A stretch of DNA of 64,000 nt, taken from contig CAVNZM010000002.1 in the NCBI GenBank assembly GCA_963693365.1, positions 3,178,259 through 3,242,258 of the forward strand, given 5' to 3'. The notes below the pieces were generated by a model. The model made no database searches, was not told the origin of the DNA, and saw only the letters and a program-made list of their open reading frames with translations. The stretch is from Amoebidium appalachense. Lineage: Eukaryota > Protista > Ichthyosporea. Made by a program: the position numbers and the translations under genes. This document shows, piece by piece, positions 58,584 through 64,000 of the stretch. Within the stretch, counting starts at the first letter, position 1; every line of letters starts with the position of its first letter.

Positions 58584-59671
58584 ACACACACTCCCCGTTG
58601 CAGAATACAAAAAGGACCACCCAAATTCGCGTCCCCCCCCAGTTTCAGGGGGTCTATACGGTGCGGTGATGCAATCCCTCTCCAAGCGTCAGGCGGCTAT
58701 GAAGCCAGCCAGTGATGACGATTCAGAGAGTGACCATGGAAACGGTTGGTCCGATGATGAAACTCCGACCACCACCACTGCAAATGTGAAAAAAAACCCC
58801 GCCACGGCCACAGTGTCGGCTGAAAGTTCCGCAAAAACCCCACCGGCGCCGAAACCCGTCCAAGGTCCAGCCGTCCCCGCCAACAAGCCCACAATCGCGC
58901 CGAAGCCGTCGTCCGGCGGAAGCAAGTTTGGAACTTTGCCCAAGCAAATCCCTCGAAAAGATTCGCTGCCTCACGATAAACCCCCCCAGGATGTTCCTGT
59001 TACGCCCTCACCCGGCCCTATAGAACCCCCACCCACATCCAAACTTGCCGGCCGCATAGCGGCGCTAAATAAGGCAGGTGGGCCAGGGGGTGCCCTTACT
59101 TCAGGGAGCATGCCGGCAATCAATTCTGGCCCACAAACCCCCCCAGTGGCTAATAATAGTACTTCCGGCCCATTTTTAAATCGCAGCAATAGCAGCGGCT
59201 CATCATCTCTGCCTAAAGGGCCTAGAATCGCACCCCCCTCCTCTTATGCCAAAACCAACGAAAAACAACGAAAATCTGGGAGTTTCGGATCAGGTTAAGG
59301 CTGCCGTAGCTGTGTCTGCGGTTCTAGGGGGCGGTGCGGTGGTGGCAGCGGCTACCTCGTCACCGGAAAAACAGCAAATTCCGGTAAATACAGGTTCGGA
59401 AAAACCGGAGCCAGCGGTAGCGGCAGCGGGTGGTAGCACAGACGGGTTAAAGGTGAGCGTGGTTGAAACGGCCCCGAGTGACAGTGAGAGAGATGACGAC
59501 GGGGCCAAAATGCCACCGAACAGGGCCGGGTCGGTGAGGTTGCCTCACAGGGAGAATGCTGATTTGCAGGTGGGTTTGCTTTAATGTTCTGTTGTGATCT
59601 CTTCAGCGCCCTGTTGGTGTTTGTTGTTTTTTCTTGATGATTTCTTGATATGAGTTTTTTTTTTTTTTTTT

Positions 59672-59716
<45 letters not shown>

Positions 59717-60247
59717 GGAGGAGGGGGGGGGGGGAGGGGGGGAGGGGGGCCTGTGTGGTGTAAAATGGAAAACAAATTCGTCGATGTGTACACCTTCATT
59801 GATGACTCTGGAGGCACGAGCAATACGTGCATTCACGTCAGAAATGTAGACGTATGCTTTGCAGATACATAAGTTATTCTAGAACTGAAGTGCATGGGCA
59901 CGTGTGTGTACGGGTGCTTGCATCTGTTTATTAAGTGTACACACATTTGCACATACGACAGGGGCTCACATGCACAAGCTGCTCACGTGTGTGTGCGCGC
60001 ATGCACACTGTGTCACACACATTCACGCATACACATGCACACACACACACATGTGCATCTGCACGCACAGACATGTCAGCACACCCATGGCACACACACA
60101 CACACACACACACGTACACATTTACCCACTCTCACGCGTCATGAAACAACCACACACACACACACACACACTGCCACTCATGCTCGCACACACACATACA
60201 CAGATGCACATACACAGATGCACATATTCATGGGCATTCACACGCAT

Positions 60248-60295
<48 letters not shown>

Positions 60296-60308
60296 ACACG
60301 CACGCACT

Positions 60309-60349
<41 letters not shown>

Positions 60350-60543
60350 GCGCGCGCGCACACGGGCGCGCGCGCACACACACACACACACCGCTTGCAC
60401 ACACACACACGCACACACACTCTCTCTCTTCAAAAAACATGCCCTCCAACACACACACCATGTGAACATAAGTGTAAAATATGTTGCACCGCCATACAGG
60501 CTCCCCTCTTGTTTGCTCTAAACCCGACCCCTTTCCTTCCCCC

Positions 60544-60574
<31 letters not shown>

Positions 60575-61918
60575 AAAAAAAAAAAATGAATGAAAAAAGG
60601 AAAAAATGTTGGGAATGACACTTTAGTTGTTAGTTCACCCTTTCGTGAAGGTAAAGGGGCCCCCACTCATGATGCACTCTTGGTGTGCCCTCGGCACCAT
60701 TTTGCAACTCTTTTTCACTTTCCTTTTTCTAACGCACACACTCTCCCTCCCCCTCCCTTCCTCTCGCTCCCTCCCTCTCTCTATCTCCCCTCCCCCCCCC
60801 TCCCCCCTCTCCCCCTCTCTGTCTTCTCTTGCTCCCCTCCCCACCTCCCCCCTCCCCCCTTCGGAGGTCTTTACTTCCATTGACACAAAGCTCTAATGCA
60901 ATCTCTCCCCCCCCCCCCCCCATCTTTTTTTCTTTTTCCTTTTTTCCCTCTGCCCAACCTTCTATAAAAAAAACAAAATCATGGCACAAACTCAAACTTC
61001 CCACATATGCTTACAAGCATTTTCTCTCCACGTAACCCCCCTTCCCCCCTCCCCGTCTCTCGCCCCCCCTCCTTCCGGAGAATGGGCTCTGCCGAATATG
61101 CATACTCTTTTGTGTGTGGCTTGCACTCTGCCTTGTGTGTCCGTTATGAATGTGGACTTCGTTTATCGCAAATTCAACCCCCCTCCCCCCCCCCCCCCCT
61201 TTTCTCCGCCCGTTGCTGGGGTACTTCGTTAGTCTTCCGTTAGTCTTCCTGCACATGTAGTTCTCTCTTTCCAGCAGCGATCCGGTTCGGTAGATTACTG
61301 ACATCCCCCCCCCCCCCCCCTTCCCTCTTTCCCCTTTTTCTCTTCTTTCTTTCTCCCCCCCCCCCTCTCCCCTCGGACTTCTTTTTTTTTTTTCCCGGCC
61401 TGATCTTCTTTTTTGCCCCCCTGCAGGCAGTAAACCCGCCATCCCAATCAGCCCAGTCCGACGAGCTCAGTGAATTCAAAATGAAACGGTGGGTGCATTT
61501 GTACTTTTGAAGAAAAGAATAAAGTGTTAGCACCTGCACAAACACACACACGTAGGGATAGCCTTGTGTTGATACGTCTTTAATTGCCAACATCTCGTCG
61601 CGCAGATGCATTGAGACAGGCCCAGATGCATTGCTGTCAGTGTGTGTGCGTGCGTGTGTGTGCATGGGGTGCATGTGTGCATGTGTTCGTGGGTGCATAC
61701 GTGCGTACGTGTGTGCATGCGAGTGCCTCGGTGTGCATGTCTTGTGCACATACAAGTGCTTGAGTGTGTGAATGCACGTGTTTGTGTCGGTGAGATTGTC
61801 TGCTCGTTCATGTGCATGTGTGCATGTGTGTGTGCTTTTGTGTGTGTTTCGCGTGTGGGTGGATCAGGGTCGGCCTACACACACGCGCGCGCACACACAC
61901 ACACATGCACATGCCCAT

Positions 61919-61985
<67 letters not shown>

Positions 61986-63139
61986 CACACAATTACACAC
62001 ACGCACACGCATTCACACACACGCACACACACAATTACACATGTAACACGTGCACAGAAAACTAATTGGGTACTTTCATGCACACATTTTCACTTGCACA
62101 CACACACTCACACGCCACGTGCATTTACACGTGCACAAAAACGGAGACACCATGCCACCTTATAGATGCATGTGCAGGCATATTTTTTATCTGTGCACAT
62201 ACGCATGCAACATGCACATGCCCACCAAGACACATGCAACGTACACATGTCTGTGCGGGCCTGCGCATGCGCGTGCGCGCGCACACATACACAAACACAC
62301 ACATGCATAATCACACACACACTCACTCACTCACTCGTATACACACACGTGCGCGCGCGCACACACACACACACGCGTGCGCGCGCGCGCACAAGCACAA
62401 GCACAAGCACAAGCACAAGCACAAGCACAAGCACAGATGCATTCATACATGCACGAACGTACACACACAGGCGCAGATACACACAGAAACAAATCGATGG
62501 ACCCAGCACCATCACAACCAACACAACCGCCCCTTTTAGAACCATTTACTTCGTCATAAAACGTCTTATAGCCATGGTATCACAAGATGTCATCCTATAG
62601 TTTCAGCCCATACTAATCTTAGAACCCCCCCCCCCCCCCCCCCCCCCGCTTCTTCCCCCTCCCGCCCCTCTCCCCTCCCCTTCCGCCCTCCCCTCGCCCT
62701 TCCCCCCTCCCCCCCCCTCCCCCCCCCCCCCCCCCCCCGCAAACAAAAAAAAAAACACAGTCGCACCATTGGAGGAGTTCCAGGCTTACGCAAGGAGATC
62801 CAATCAACCAATCGCCCGCAGTCTCTCTCAGCGGCCCCCACCGCCGCATCAGTATCTTCCGATTGCCTGAAGTCACCGGGGGATACCAATCTTAATCGCG
62901 TGAGTAGTTCGTGTGCCCTGGGCCGAAAGGAATCAGATACAGGGTCGATTACGAGTAGCATCGATTCCGAATTGGGCGTGGTACCCCCGTCTCTGACCGG
63001 AAAAAGGATTCAGAGAAGGTGGCGGAAGGCGACCCTGATGGAGGAGAGATTACAAACGCCTGGACCAATCAAACCCACGGACCTATTCCCACTGTCGAAG
63101 AAGGCGCAGGAGAGACTCAAGTTGATACAGTCGGCGCAG
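56926..63139 (+). CDS. Pro-rich protein with polyPro-WH2-central-acidic (WCA/VCA-like) module near the N-terminus; 3' end beyond the window
   Basis: Exons 56926-57116, 58604-59569, 61427-61488 and 62761-63139. The translation includes [11 protein letters not shown]2-like [17 protein letters not shown]-like [17 protein letters not shown] and acidic [17 protein letters not shown], then a long P/S/A-rich region. The model needs one C removed from each of two C6 runs (56947-56952, 59233-59238). Confidence 0.7.
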
Positions 63140-63850
63140 GTATGTGCTTTCGGTGCCTTTTACGTTTTTAAATGTTTTTATTTTTTTTATATATTTTTTG
63201 CCCCCTTCCCCCTTCTTTTCCTCTACTTTCAATCTCCTTTCCTTTCGTTTAGTTCCTTTATAACTTAATTGCCTTTCCTTCTCCCTCTCTCGATTCTTCT
63301 CTATTTCATTTCATCTTCTTTCGTTTTTCCTTTTTCTTGTCGTTTCGATTCATCCCTTTTTTTCCTCACATTGTTTTAACTTCCTTGGTTTCCCGGTTTT
63401 CTTTTTTCTTCGTTTTTTTATTATGGGCAAGTTTGTCTAAGAAAAAATCTGGTGATATGCGCATGTCTGAGTTTTCTGCCTGGATGCAATCATCTTTATA
63501 TATGCTCGTGTACAGGTACACAGGTGCATATACATCAACATACACAATCGCACACGTTCATAAGCATTCACACATGCATAATCTAGCACGTGCATACGCA
63601 CACGCACACTCATGCAGGCGCACACAAACACTTGCACACACATACTACTCAAACGGAGACATACACGGCCACCTCAGATACATGTGCAGGCATAGATTTA
63701 TACTCATACACACACATGCAACATGTACAAGCACACCCACACGCATGCACCGTCACACCTCTGTGGATCGGCGTGCACACACACAGAGGCTCGAACACGC
63801 GCTCGCACACTCGCACACTCGAGTGCGCGCGCACACACACACACACACCC

Positions 63851-64000
<150 letters not shown>

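Overview
Eukaryotic, intron-rich genomic DNA (probably an early-diverging fungus or other unicellular opisthokont; this is inference), full of poly-C/poly-G, (CA)n/(GT)n and (CT)n tracts, so most of the ORF track is low-complexity noise. Manual splicing at GT-AG sites with consistent phases gives six protein genes. (1) An OMA1-like M48 protease, 5' part only (minus, 552-5500). (2) A 6-exon secreted Cys/Gly-rich protein of about 656 aa (12089-17095). (3) An 18-exon DUS3 of about 634 aa (20398-38177), whose introns hold a tRNA-Asp(GTC), degenerate exon copies and a 450-bp structured tandem array. (4) An intronless secreted NlpC/P60 hydrolase (40890-41696). (5) A 7-exon TRA2-like RRM protein (minus, 48204-52773). 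(6) A protein with an apparently N-terminal polyPro-WH2-C-A module that runs off the window (56926 onward). Mobile DNA includes a 5'-truncated non-LTR retroelement nested in a GC-rich TIR element, a young Copia-derived TRIM with a half-tRNA-iMet primer site, two MITE/foldback elements and a hairpin-core minisatellite. No database searches or folding programs were run; all calls come from reading the sequence.
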